Source of the DNA: Vicugna vicugna
Taxonomy: Eukaryota
Reading direction: 5' to 3'
NCBI GenBank assembly: GCA_013265495.1
Contig: MU058423.1
Span: forward strand, 4,758,793 to 4,822,792
DNA: 64,000 nucleotides
Of this stretch, positions 40,571 to 52,827 are shown one piece after another. Numbering within the stretch: the first letter of the stretch is position 1; each line of letters starts with the position of its first letter. Position numbers and translations under genes: made by a program. Under the pieces are notes generated by a model. That model was given only the letters and a program-made list of their open reading frames with translations. It searched no databases and was not told where the DNA came from.

Positions 40571-43340
40571 CCTGCTGTGAGAGGGAAGTGCTCATTCATA
40601 GTCATTTAGGTCAGCAAAGAGAGTCAATCATAACAATTTTTTTCCTAAATAGTCATTACGTATTTATAATTCCAGGCTGCTTGATTTATGTGCACCCCTG
40701 TTACCTGCTTCTAAGCAGTTTCCAGCTTTTGCATACCCCAGGAGTTTATCTTATTCTGCTCTATCGGTTGAAAATAAATTTTGAAAATCATACCAATATA
40801 ACTCAACAGTCTTTCAGGCTGGTGGATTTTGCTGTGAGTTTTGGCTAGGAAAAATAACAACCATAGTAAAATGTTTTGTAAATCCGTACCTGATTGGAGA
40901 GAGGATATTAGAAGTTAAGCTCTTGATTTTAATATATCTAGGCATTAAGCTACCTTTTGTATTTTGCTTCATATGTTAATCCGCACAGAAAGCATTACAG
41001 AAATTTTTATTTCATGAAGCCCTCTCTCAATGATTCTTTTAACCATGTGAGTGCTGAAATGTGCAGTTTTGCCATCCATTCTAACTACTTAAGGATTCAG
41101 AAAACAGCATTAGTTTTGCTTTTAAAACATTATTCCAGGTATGAGTTGTGTTCAGGGGATTAAGAAAACGATAGTGTTTTTTGACTCCTTTGTGCTGATA
41201 TGTTAAGTCAGCTCAATTTGCTCCTTTCCTTCAAATACCTTTGAAGAAAATAAGTTAAGAAAATGTGTTCTTATCCATTTCTCCAACTGATTATTGCTGC
41301 TCGTTGAGTTTTGGCAACTCCTGTCCCTGTGAAAACGTGTGGATTTCTGAAGCAATGCACAATCTACATCAACTGTTTGTGTCGTCTTTGCAGTCAGACT
41401 GACCTTGGTTTGAATAGTGGCTCTGATTTCTTAGCGAAGTCATTTTAACTGATATAAATGATTTAACTGAGACTCAACTTCCCCATTGGCCAAAAGCAGC
41501 GATTAACATCCGTCTAACCAGTTTGTCGCGTGGATGAAATAACGTATGTAGATCTCTAAAAACAGGACTCCGTTCTCCACTTCCGCCTGTTAAGTATTCT
41601 TTAACCATTTACGTGCTGCTGATGGTTTTAAGTCTAGTGATAATACCACATTGCATATATGTATCACTGTTTTTATTTTGCCTGGCACTCTCCTGTGCTA
41701 TCTTTTTATCTTCATAACAAACTTGAGAGGTAGGTACTCCATTCTGTTTGGAAGATGAAAAAGCATTATTAAATTATACACTTCTTGGATGGAAAGAACT
41801 ACGCCTTTTGCTCTTTTCTTTGTTCTTCCAGCAGAGCTTAGCACAGAACTTGGCATCCATTCGGGGCTGTATAAATATTTGTTGTACAGAACTGATTGAT
41901 GGGAAGGACAATAACGTGTCCAAGGTCCCACACAAGGTCTTGATGGCAAGATGAGGACAGGGTTCCTCTGACTTTCAGATTTTTCCATTAGACAAGTGGT
42001 GAGCAATATTTTAATTTTTTTTCTAGCAGGGTCAATTCAAGGAAAATAAAAATGTTTATGTGCCACAATTTCCTAATTAAAATGAAAATAGCTTTACTGG
42101 GTCTCAAGGCAAAATATATTCCTTCTACTTAGATTACTTTCTTCTGCAGTAGAGAAGTGCCAGTGAGAAACATTAGCGCTCCTTTTTCACCACTAAAATG
42201 TTAATATCGGGGCATATTTGAGAAGGAGCCACCCAGAGGCAGCTTTCCAATCTTTTATCCCTTGTATTTGCAGAGCACTTTAGAGTTCGCAAAGTGCTTT
42301 CACAGGCATTATCTAATTACATTTTTGAAACAATCCCAGGAAGAGATATTATTACCAACCACACTTTACAAGGGGTCCACTAAAGTTGAGGGGAGAGGAA
42401 GTGACTGGTTTAAGGTCACAGAGCAAGTGCAGAAAGAACAAGGCGCTGCCTCCCACGCCAGGTATACTGAGCACTTGTTCTCTTTGCCTTTTCTACGAAC
42501 TGAGATGGATAGAAGATAGATTCCCCGATCCAAAACAAAACAAAAAAATCTGGGCCCTTTCTCTCTCTTTTTCTCTCTCTCTCTCTGCTCATGTGGCTTT
42601 TTTTCTTTAATCCATCTGAGTACAGCAGCCTAAGGATGACCAATCAAAAAAAAAATTACTGTTTTACCCTGGATACTTTCTGTTCCAAAGCCTCTGTTTT
42701 GTGTGGGTAGGAAGGCTACAGTGAGAATTACACTGTGAGCCACAGAGCAGAGCCGCATGGTCTTTAAGCTGCTCTGCATGCCCTAGTCGGGTGATTGATG
42801 CCACCAAGTGAGAGGTTTGTTCTGGTTTATGGAATGCCAGGGATTTGGTACAGTTTTGACTTGAAAAACCTAGAAATGATCAATTTTGTTATAGTCTGCA
42901 CAGATGATAAGATTTTAGAATTTTTTTTGCTGGATATACAGGTAATGATCTTTGCTTCCCACATTTCTACATTTTATTTTATTTTTTTTTCCTACATACT
43001 CCTCATTTGACTTTACTTGCAATTGGAGATGGCAATAAAACAGGGTCATTTAACCAGGTTGCCCACTGCAGGCAAGTGAACAGAAGTCTTTTTCCACCCC
43101 GCCATTTCTCTTTGGGGAGTTCTCCAAGCTTCTTTGCAGAGGGGGGATGTTGTGGAAATATGTGAGGCGGGTGCATATTTGCAGAAAGTGTCAAACCTGG
43201 GACATATGGGGAAAGCATGAGAGTGACATGGGAGGCTGGGGGGTCATGGCTTTCTGTGCTGCACCCATCTCTCTGCATACAGTCTCACCCCACTGCTCTC
43301 CCTTCCTATCTCCCTTCTACTGGCTTCTCCTTTGTCACAG

Positions 43341-43349
43341 CTACATGAG
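43341..43349 (+). other. Candidate 9-nt microexon CTACATGAG
   Basis: 56-nt AG-free pyrimidine tract, cag acceptor, GAG|GTAAGA donor. Confidence 0.4.
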
Positions 43350-43436
43350 GTAAGAATTAATTTGGAGTTTCTCTAAAATATAGTTTTTTCTTCTTTTGAT
43401 TCCACATCTGCTTCCTCCTTCATTTATATTTCACAG

Positions 43437-43445
43437 TTTAGTGTT
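43437..43445 (+). other. Candidate 9-nt microexon TTTAGTGTT
   Basis: 51-nt AG-free pyrimidine-rich tract, cag acceptor, GTAAGT donor. Confidence 0.3.
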
Positions 43446-44589
43446 GTAAGTGACATCATTTTCCAAGTTCCTTTAAAGACGACAGCGTTGTCTACAGCTG
43501 TGACACCAATGATACCTTTTGCAGGGAGAAGGGACACTTGGGGACAGTGATGTTGGCCTCAGACAACTCGCTGCTCTTGGATTTCTTAATCCAGTGCTGC
43601 TTTATGTTTGATTTTCTGCCTTCTGACCCAATAGAAATAATCATGGGCTTGTTTTAGCCTTGGTTGTGTTTGCTAGCTGATTGATGAAGTCCGCATTTAG
43701 TGGACTTGCTAGGTTTTTCTGATTGTTTTTGAATAACGCTGCTGAAAGGGAAATTAGACCCCCCATGGCAGGTGCTTTTTCCGTGGATAAGTGGACAGAT
43801 TGAATCCATGGTTGGGAGGTCACTTTAGAGTTCAGTACCTGTAACATTTTTCTTCTTCTCATGTTTCCTTACATCTGCATTTCTGAAATATTGCTATACA
43901 TTTTTTAAAAAAATCAAAACAAGAATAAGTGCAAAGATAAATCAGTAAGTTCATTGAACTGGAAATCTTCACAACATGTAATTTGCAACTGTTTTGTCAC
44001 TTTTCTGATGTTTGCCAGTTCCCATATTTCCAACACTCTACTGACTATTTAAACAAAATTTTGCTTAATGTATTTTTGCTTAATAAGAATCCAAATCCCC
44101 CACACCCGTGCTCATGTCCAGAATTTTCCCAAAAGATAATTAGTATGAATGATGAGAATAGTTTGTGCTTTCTTTCCCCCATGTGGTAAGTCAGTTTATT
44201 GTCAAAGATAACGTTCAGTCCAATGTTGTTCACATTTAGCAAATATTCAGTAATCACCTAACTGCCCAAGGCACAATGTTCAACCCTCAAATACTAGATG
44301 CGACCCTGGACTGTTGCAGTAGTTTCTTAACTAACTTCCTTTCACTGTCCCTCTGTGCACCCAATCGATCTTCTGCACTGACAATTCCTTTATGAAGCCG
44401 TCTCTGATTCCTCATCAGAATTATTTCAACCTCTCCTCATTTGTTTACAGCAGAACGCTTCTTCTTGTTTCATGGCACATGACACACGCTGTCATTAGAC
44501 ACCATAAAAATTACAGATAATGCAGGTGACTAGTTGCAGACGTGTGGCAGGTACAGATGCGGTGTGACTACCCCTGGATCCCACGCACT

Positions 44590-45070
44590 TTTAAGATAAA
44601 CTGTTGAGTACAATATGCGTACAAAGGAGCGCACAAATCTTACATGTGTTTCTCAGTAATTTTCACAGAGTGAGCATATTCATATACCCTCTTTCCAGAG
44701 CAATACACAGAACATTATCAATCCCCAAGCGGTGGCCTGTGCTCCCTTCCAGTCACAGCTCTGCTCACCGCAGGTAACACCACCCCACCTCTTATCACCA
44801 CGGACGAGCGTTAGTTTTGTGTGTCTGGGTTTTTTTGCTTAATATTATGTGTGTGAGCACAGGCATCGTTAGTAGCTTATTCGTCAGTTACTAGTGTGTG
44901 ATGTCCCACTTTGTGGATTTACTACAGTGTGTCTATTCATTCTACTGTTGTTGAAAATTTGCTTCTGTCTCGCTTGTTTGGTTTATTAGGTTGGGGCTAC
45001 TGGAAGAGTACTGCTATGTATATTCTAACATACAGCTTGCAGTGAACATTTATATGCGTGCATTTCTGTT
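44590..45070 (-). mobile_element. Ancient L1 (L1ME-like) 3' end
   Basis: aattttcacagagtgagcata, gtgctcccttccagtca, tattcattctactgttg. Confidence 0.75.
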
Positions 45071-45289
45071 CATTCACTTATCCTCCCCTTTGAATTGCCA
45101 ACATGAAATCAAGAATTGCGCTTTATTTCTTTTTAATACAGGAATACATTCTGAAAACATTGGGTTTTAAAGGCAGGTAAAGGGAACTTACTTAAGCTGG
45201 TCCGTTTTCAATTCTGAACATTGGGGCTTTCAAGTCTGTTTCAGATTCTGTTTCCCAGAAGAAAGCAAGCAAATTAGTAGAGAGTATTA

Positions 45290-46745
45290 ATTAAAAAGAA
45301 ATCAGTTTAAAACAAGGAACGAACAAAACATTCTGTGATATCTAAGAAAAAGGAAAAATCGCAAAAATTTTAAAGGCAAATGTGAACTCCGAAAGAGGGA
45401 CTGTCACGTGAATTCCTAGGAAGTCTTATCAACACAACTCATACCAATGGTTAGTAAACTGAAACTGGGTCTTAACCATGAACACAGAAAGGCTGAAATC
45501 ATTTCTGAGGTATAAAAAATAAAATCAGCACTGAAAACATTTAATATAGTACAGTAGAACTGTCCTCGAAAAAAATCAGATAAGTGAAATAGAAGACAGA
45601 TTAGAGCATTTTATTCCAAGAGAAGGAGAATGCAGACATACTATGTAAATAATAGGAGTCCCCAAAGAAGAACACAGAACAGAGGGGAAAGCTACATACG
45701 CATGGACAAAATAAATTTTTTAAAATATAGAACTAAAGTAAATAAATTCCTAGGATTGGGAACAGAGAGAAATTTAAAAAGCCTAATATGTCCCAAGTAA
45801 AATGCACAAATATAAACTACTACTAAAAGGCATTAACAATTCTAACTTTAATTTTCAATGCCAATCCACAATAAAATAACACATCCAATAAATACTGAGT
45901 AAATAATTATCCAAATATCTTTTCCTGAATAAAGCATTGGCAGATGTAATCTAGCGTCTAATGTGGAATTCCACACTTTGAGCTCAACAACCGTGTCTTT
46001 TTTCATTTTGCATTTTCTAGCCCCTCGTTCCTTTAGTGCCTGTTCCTGTTTTATCCAAATTGATCATCCTTCAGTCTTATGTAAATGCATATTGTGCAGG
46101 TTATGTCTTCATATGTCCCAAGACGTTCAAAAAGACTCGTAGGGTCAATGATGAGCATGAAGAGTTAAATCATACTGAATTCTCAAAGTAACGGTACAGC
46201 CTTGTACCAATAATGCAACATCCACTAAGTGTGGCTGTTGTTTTTGAAAAGAAACTATTAGATTTAATTAAACAACACCATTACGATAGGGCAAAGACTC
46301 ATAAAAATAAAATAGAAGACAGAACACCAAAATTAAAGGAGCACTAGAACTGAAAAATCTTAACTGGTGTAACTGCTGGAGCAAAGTAGGAAACAAAAGA
46401 AAAAAAAATGTGACAAATAATGGACTCAACCTGCCGGATAAAATAAAGATATGTGGGAAGTGTCAGAAGGTAAGAGACAAGCTATAAAAGTGTTGGACTT
46501 TTCTTTTTTCGAAGACAGGATGGAAAAGAATTACTCTAGTATTTCAAAACTTGCAACACATTATAAAACGAGTAATTATGCAATTAAGGAGGAAACAGTA
46601 AAGTAAGAGCGTGAAATAGGTTTACAGAAGATGACATCTAAATAACAGAACAATAAATTTGAATGGTTTAAAAATCTCTATAAAACTCTGAAGGACTTTA
46701 AATTGAATTGATAAAATATATTAAAGGATAAAAAATACATTTTTT
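45290..46745 (+). mobile_element. Highly degraded A-rich L1 fragments
   Basis: Strong A skew and ORF1/ORF2-like phrases (ataggagtccccaaagaagaa; tttacagaagatgacat). Confidence 0.5.
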
Positions 46746-49700
46746 AGACCTCTGCATACCTATGGAGAGTGATCCAAGCCCCATACACTGAGGTCCCCGG
46801 TTAGCACTTCTCTGAGATGCCTTCATCACATGTCGGGGGTCCCAAGCACAGGCTTAGGCAGAGCCTCATTTGCTTCCCAGTACCCTTTCCTTCCAGGGCC
46901 AGACTGACCCCCTTCACTGAGGTGCCAGCCTAAGCAGGACCACACTCGGACTATTTGTAAGGGATCATTCTCAGAAGGATCTTCACTAGAAGAGGTAGGA
47001 CAAGGTGAAGCCTGTAGCGTTGGTAACTCACAAATCAGCAACACAGAATTTCTGCAAGTAATTGAGATCCATCACCGTCAGCTTTCTTCAAAACTTTTTT
47101 AGTTTTCAAAACTAGGGAAGCAAAGCTAGTGAAGACAGTTTGCATGGGATTTTTAAGGGTCAGAGAAAGAAAGTTATTGGTGGATACAAGTTCTGGCAAA
47201 ACATGCAGAGGAAACATGCAGAGAGAAAGTTATCCACAAACAGCAGCTCATCAGCATTCACCCTGAGTCCAGCCTCCTTTTCCTTCTCTTCAGTTTCAAC
47301 TCCACAGCCAACAATTCCACTCATGCTTTAGAACAGGTTCTCTTTAGACTAAATCAAAGATATAATCAAAGGAAATCCTTTGCTACTCCCAATCTAGACA
47401 AGATTAACCAGCATGAGTACACGGTGCCCTCAGTGCCAGATACTCAGAGCTATGCCAATTATTAAAGAACATCCTACTGACTTTTTTTAAAAAAACAAGG
47501 ATGGAGTAATGAAAGACATCAAGGTTATTTACAGGTTTCTAAAGCACTCACACACACACTGTGTGCAGATGTGGAAAAGAGTGAGCGAGCTGTAGAGTTT
47601 TGTCAGGTAGACGTGAACAAATTAAGAAGACAAATCACTCACGTGAAAACCAAAAAAGGAACAAGAAAGAAGATTGCAGCAGGTGATGCTAAGCAGACAG
47701 ATGCCGTCTGAAAATTTGGAACTGACATTTGGTCCTCAGATGCCCTGAATTTGTAGCTGAACATAGAAGGTCACTGGGAGATGCAGAAGCTTCTGATCCT
47801 CCTCCCTGTTTTTCTGATTTTCACCCACACAGTCAAGAAACTACTTTGAGCCTTTCTCTCATGGAAAGTAGAGTCTTTATGCCTCCATCTCAAGCCATGG
47901 GCTCCTACAGTGATGCTCCCACCAGTGCCAGACTGAAGCATCCTGGAAGTGGAGCAGAACTTCTTCCCCAGAGCATAGCTAGAGACAGAGTTGAAGAATT
48001 AGACAACAGTGGTTATGAAAATTTGATTGACCCTACAGAATACGCCCTATAGGGAACACTCACTTTGGAGGAATTTGCGATCCTTGACACATACCCGAGG
48101 GGTCCAGAAACACTCAGACCTTCCAGACCTTCCAGAAACTCTCCACTTAGCACCATTTTTCTTAATTACTTATTGAGAGAATATTTGAAAGCCTATTCTG
48201 GAGAGCGAACTTCTTTCTCAGACCCCCGGACTCCTAAGGGGAGAGTCCTTGTGCAGAGAACCTGTAGGAGCCTTACGTCCATGGGTCCTCCCCTTCCATC
48301 ACAGTGTGCAGGTTGCAAGACCATTCAGATAATCAGATTGTCCTGATTCTGGTGTGATTCTTGGGTGTACAAAGTTCAGTTTAAATTTAGGCAAAGTAAA
48401 ATTATACATGTGGTTTTTGTTCTTTAAAATAAATTTGAAATTAGTGACTAAACACAAATCATCTACAAAGGTTCTATAATTAATCTATAAATGAAAAACT
48501 TACCCCTTGCTCTGTCATGCCTTGAAATTTACTTTTACCAAAAGAAAATGAGTTTAGCAGCAGCCTTCAAAGAACCTTCTTTCTGTGATAAGCCAAGCTC
48601 ATCTTTGCCAGAAAAATTTTTGAATAATTCCAAGAAGTCTGATTGGAACAAACCAGATTTGACTTCTCTTATCTTACTGTATATGACTTTGTGAGAGTGA
48701 AAGAGAGGGCTGTTTCACCTTTTTTCTGCTAGCCTAATAGATATTGGCACTTAAAATGATTACCATTCAAATAATGTAGAAATGCTAATTACCAGGAAGT
48801 AATCATCCAGATAAATGTGTTATCAAATAAATTATTTTCCTTTTGGAGGATTGCAATGACTGCTATGTTACATTAGCCAATTATGGTCTCTGTTCTGGAG
48901 TCTTCAAGGAAGGATGTACAGCAGTGGATGACGGAAAGGAGTTAACGTACCAGACTCAAGTTTTATGATGAACAGATGTCAAACACAGTGGACTTTGTTC
49001 AGTTCTTATGTAATGAATTTAATTCATTCAGATTTTGACAAATCCTAGTGTTAGTTTTATTTGTGGAGAAAAGATATTTAATAAATTGTTTGAGAATCTT
49101 AATGAATAAAGATTCATTTAAATCTGGGTAAACAATTAATTCCTGTGCTACAGGTAAAGAAAGTACTCAAGATTCGTATTTTATCGATAATCTTCTTTTC
49201 TCCCAAATATAGAGATCCTATCAACATTGTACAGATTAGAGGAAAATAAAATAACTTTTTTGATCTGCTTATAGTTCAATTCTAAATTCAGAGAATATTA
49301 AACTAAATACAACTTTCTACCTTGAGTTTATAAAATTAAAAGGAAAAGAAATAAGAAATTAAAAAAACCCTAAACATTCTAATTGAAATCATAGAAAAGT
49401 AAATATAAAAAGAAGCAAATCGTCAACAGCTATTTTCAGGATAATAGCCAAAGTGGACAAATTTACCTATAAATACTGATCAACGTACCTGGCTAATTGC
49501 CTTTACTTGTAAAGTACAGATGTGATAATATTGGATGTTGGTGATGTTAATTCTTATTTAGACTTCCAGAGTATATGTTGGGATTGTGAATCAGGGGATT
49601 TTGGTGCCACGGTGGGCTAAACGTATGACATGCGTCAGAGGTACTGACTGTGATACAATGCGTGACTTATTTAAACGCTAATATAGTAGATAACGGCCTC

Positions 49701-52357
49701 ATAGAAGACTGATGGTGTTCATAGTTGCTATGAATGAAAGTTGTCGGTATAAGATGTATACTAACAAGATTCTGTACATTTCATATTATTATGTTTATTT
49801 TATAAATTTATTTTGAGCGTAAGAAATCCAACGAAATAAAGCAGACTCTTTTGAGAGCTGTTTTCCTTGGTTTATGGCAATTGCAGAAATTCTAGGAGTA
49901 TTCATGAAAAGGAATATAATAATGCAGAAATGCAGTAGAAGAAATCCGTTTTATGCATCAAGTTCTTGAATACTTTTTTGAATGTTTGTCATGCTCAGTT
50001 TCATCAAGCTCAGTGTGTAATTTGAGTATTGAAGGCACCATTTCAAAGCATTTGGCTTTAACTTCTACCTTGAGTATTTCCCAGGTAACAAAGGTATTTG
50101 ACACTATCACAGATGAAATTTTTTGTTTGCTTACATATTAACCTGCCATTTCTCCAGTGCTTTGTTTTAATGTGTTCAGATTGGTAGCTTTATATACAAT
50201 TCGTGTCACTCTACCCAAGCCGTGCTGAAATATAATCTAAAAATACAAGCTATACAATTTGATAAAATATTTTTCAAGTGATGATATGCATTTAGTCATC
50301 ACCTAGGAAGTAAGTTTGACAGGCCATTTGTCATAGAAAGCTTGAAACCCTAGATACTCAAATTCTTTGTGCTCCATTTATGTTTTATTCTGTTCTTTAT
50401 AGTCAGAATATATCAGATTAATCAGGTTTTTTATGTGTTTTCTTACATCTGTTACTTAATATTTTTCACTCTGTCTCCGCTAATTTGCATGTACTTAGGG
50501 TCACTGTTAACGTCTTCCAAAATGTTTAAAAATACATTTCATTCACTATTTAATCTAGATCTAGATTAAACCTTGATGCCTTTATTTTCACATTTTTTTT
50601 TCATTAAAATAGACCAAAATATACTTGTAGGAGTAAACTGTTTTTTAAGATGATAAATATAGTCCTTATAAATGTAGTAGGATGTATTGAATTCACAGAA
50701 AAAAAAGTAGAAAAAAATGCTACCTTTGGAGAATTAAACCAGTAAGATACATATATGAAGAGTGTGGTTAGAGATTCATTGTTGATGTTAAGACAGGGAA
50801 TACTTGAATATTTACATAACAAAGGGAATAATTTGGATATTTGGGGAGGCAGATGTCACAGTGAGTAACTGATAGCCAAGACCTCCTGGGAGAGGAGCCA
50901 AATACCTGTATTTTTAACAAACTCCCCATGTAATTCTTTTGTAGACTGTGGAGGTTTGTATGGAATTTGAGCCTGATACTTATATTTTGCTCATTTTTTT
51001 GTGACGTTATTTTTTCTAAACTTTTAGAAAAGGTCTTGGATTAGGTAGCTTGTCTTCACAGAGCTAACTAATTTCACAGAGCTTTTTCTTCGGTGTGTAT
51101 TTATGTTTAGTGTTAAAAAAATTTGTATAAATGGCAGCTTGCTTTCTAGGATGTCATAGTGCTATCAGTTTTCCCCTGGATTTCCCCCTTACTTTGCTTC
51201 TCCTTCATGTGGACTCTTAATCTAGAAGGGAAGTCTAGTGGGTGAGTTTGAGAGCTCATAGGGGACAAACTGCTTCGGTCCCTCAGACGATCTTGCTGTG
51301 CACCCCTTGAGTTCAGTCACCTGCTATTGCGGGGGAAAACCCCTCAGTTTTAGCTGTTCTCGAGTTGGCCTGCCGCGTGTTCCAGGGGCTATCTTTTGGC
51401 CATTTGGTGTTCTCTCCTCTTCAGATCTGTCAGACATCACTTTGCTTCCATCAGACCTCATGCCAGTAATATACAAGCTCCTGTGGTTCTTGGTCATTTG
51501 TCTCTACCTGTGCATAGAGCAGGGTTTGTACAGATACGGTTTTGTTGTAAATGCTCTCTGTGTGGTTTTGATTTTGCAGCTTGCTTTGTCTGCTTTTATG
51601 TGGGAATTCAAGATACAAAACGATACCACGATATTTGAAATTTGTATTTGTTAACAATTCTGCAGGTGATTCTTGTATGCCACTCCATCACATCATAGTA
51701 TTTTAGCACTAGTGCCTGCCATCAACTCACGTGTCTGTGTTTCTCTTAGTTTCACTATGTGGGAGAGGAAAGCTGAGTAATTATTACCCAGCAAAGGTCG
51801 GGTTGTCCTCAGGTCCAATCATGGTCTAATCAGCAATGGGTGGTGACAGGAACTAATGCATGTTTTTGTATAAGACTGAACATTACATATCAGTAGAGGA
51901 AAAGTGACTTCTTTCTTAACATTTATTATAACCTTTATTCATGGTTAGTCTCTGACATATTAAAACATGTGACTAAAAATGTAAAGTTTTTAAAATTCTC
52001 ATGCAGTTTTCTTTGCCTGAACTCAGCCCCCCCATCATTTGGCTGACTGATTCCAACTTTTTTTCACTTGTCGGTCCTGATCCTCCTAGAATACTTCCTT
52101 GATATATCCTTCTCCCTCAATCTGAGTTAAATGTTTCCTCATTCATACACTGCATTTCAGTTTTTTTGTCTGTCTTTCTTCATATAAGACACTAAATTCC
52201 TTAGCATGGGAATTGTACTTTTTCTCTTTGTATCTCTACCACCTCGAAAATACTTCCCATGTGGAAGGAACTGAGAATGATGAATGAATAGCTTATGAGT
52301 GAATGAATGAACATAAATCCCAAATAACTTTATCACTTAGCTTTTATCATTGTGATT

Positions 52358-52827
52358 TATGGTAGGCTACATAAAGACCCTCCAAAATACCTATTTTCTA
52401 ATCTCTAGAATCTGTGAATATGTTACTTTATATGGCAAAAGTGTCTTTGGAGATATGATTAAGGATCCTGAGATGGGAAGATTATCGTGGATTGTCTGGG
52501 TGGGTCCTAAATATAATCCCAATGGTCTTCATAAGAAGGAGACGGTGGGAACCAGGGGATGTGATGACAGAAGGAGGAAGCTGGAGTGATGCAGGGCATT
52601 GGAGGTATGTGAGGAAGGGGCCACAGGCCTAGAAATGCAGGGAGCCTCTAGAAACTAAAGTAGGCAAAGAGACAGAGTTCTCTCTGAAGACTCCAGAGAG
52701 GACACAGCCCAGATGAGACACGGATTTTAGACTGTGGATCACGAGAACTGTCATAGAGTAAATTTCTATTGTTTCATGCCACTCAGTCGGTGATAGCTTG
52801 TTTCAGAAGCCATGGGAGACTGATCCA
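52358..52827 (+). mobile_element. MaLR solo LTR (MLT1C/D-like)
   Basis: tatggtaggct start; aatctgtgaatatgttactttatatggcaaaa; gattaaggatcctgagatgggaagattatc. Confidence 0.88.

Noticed and set aside
47729..48346. Adjacent 107- and 93-aa plus-strand ORFs
   Set aside because: Non-ATG starts, no recognisable protein, lengths expected by chance in a slightly GC-richer patch.
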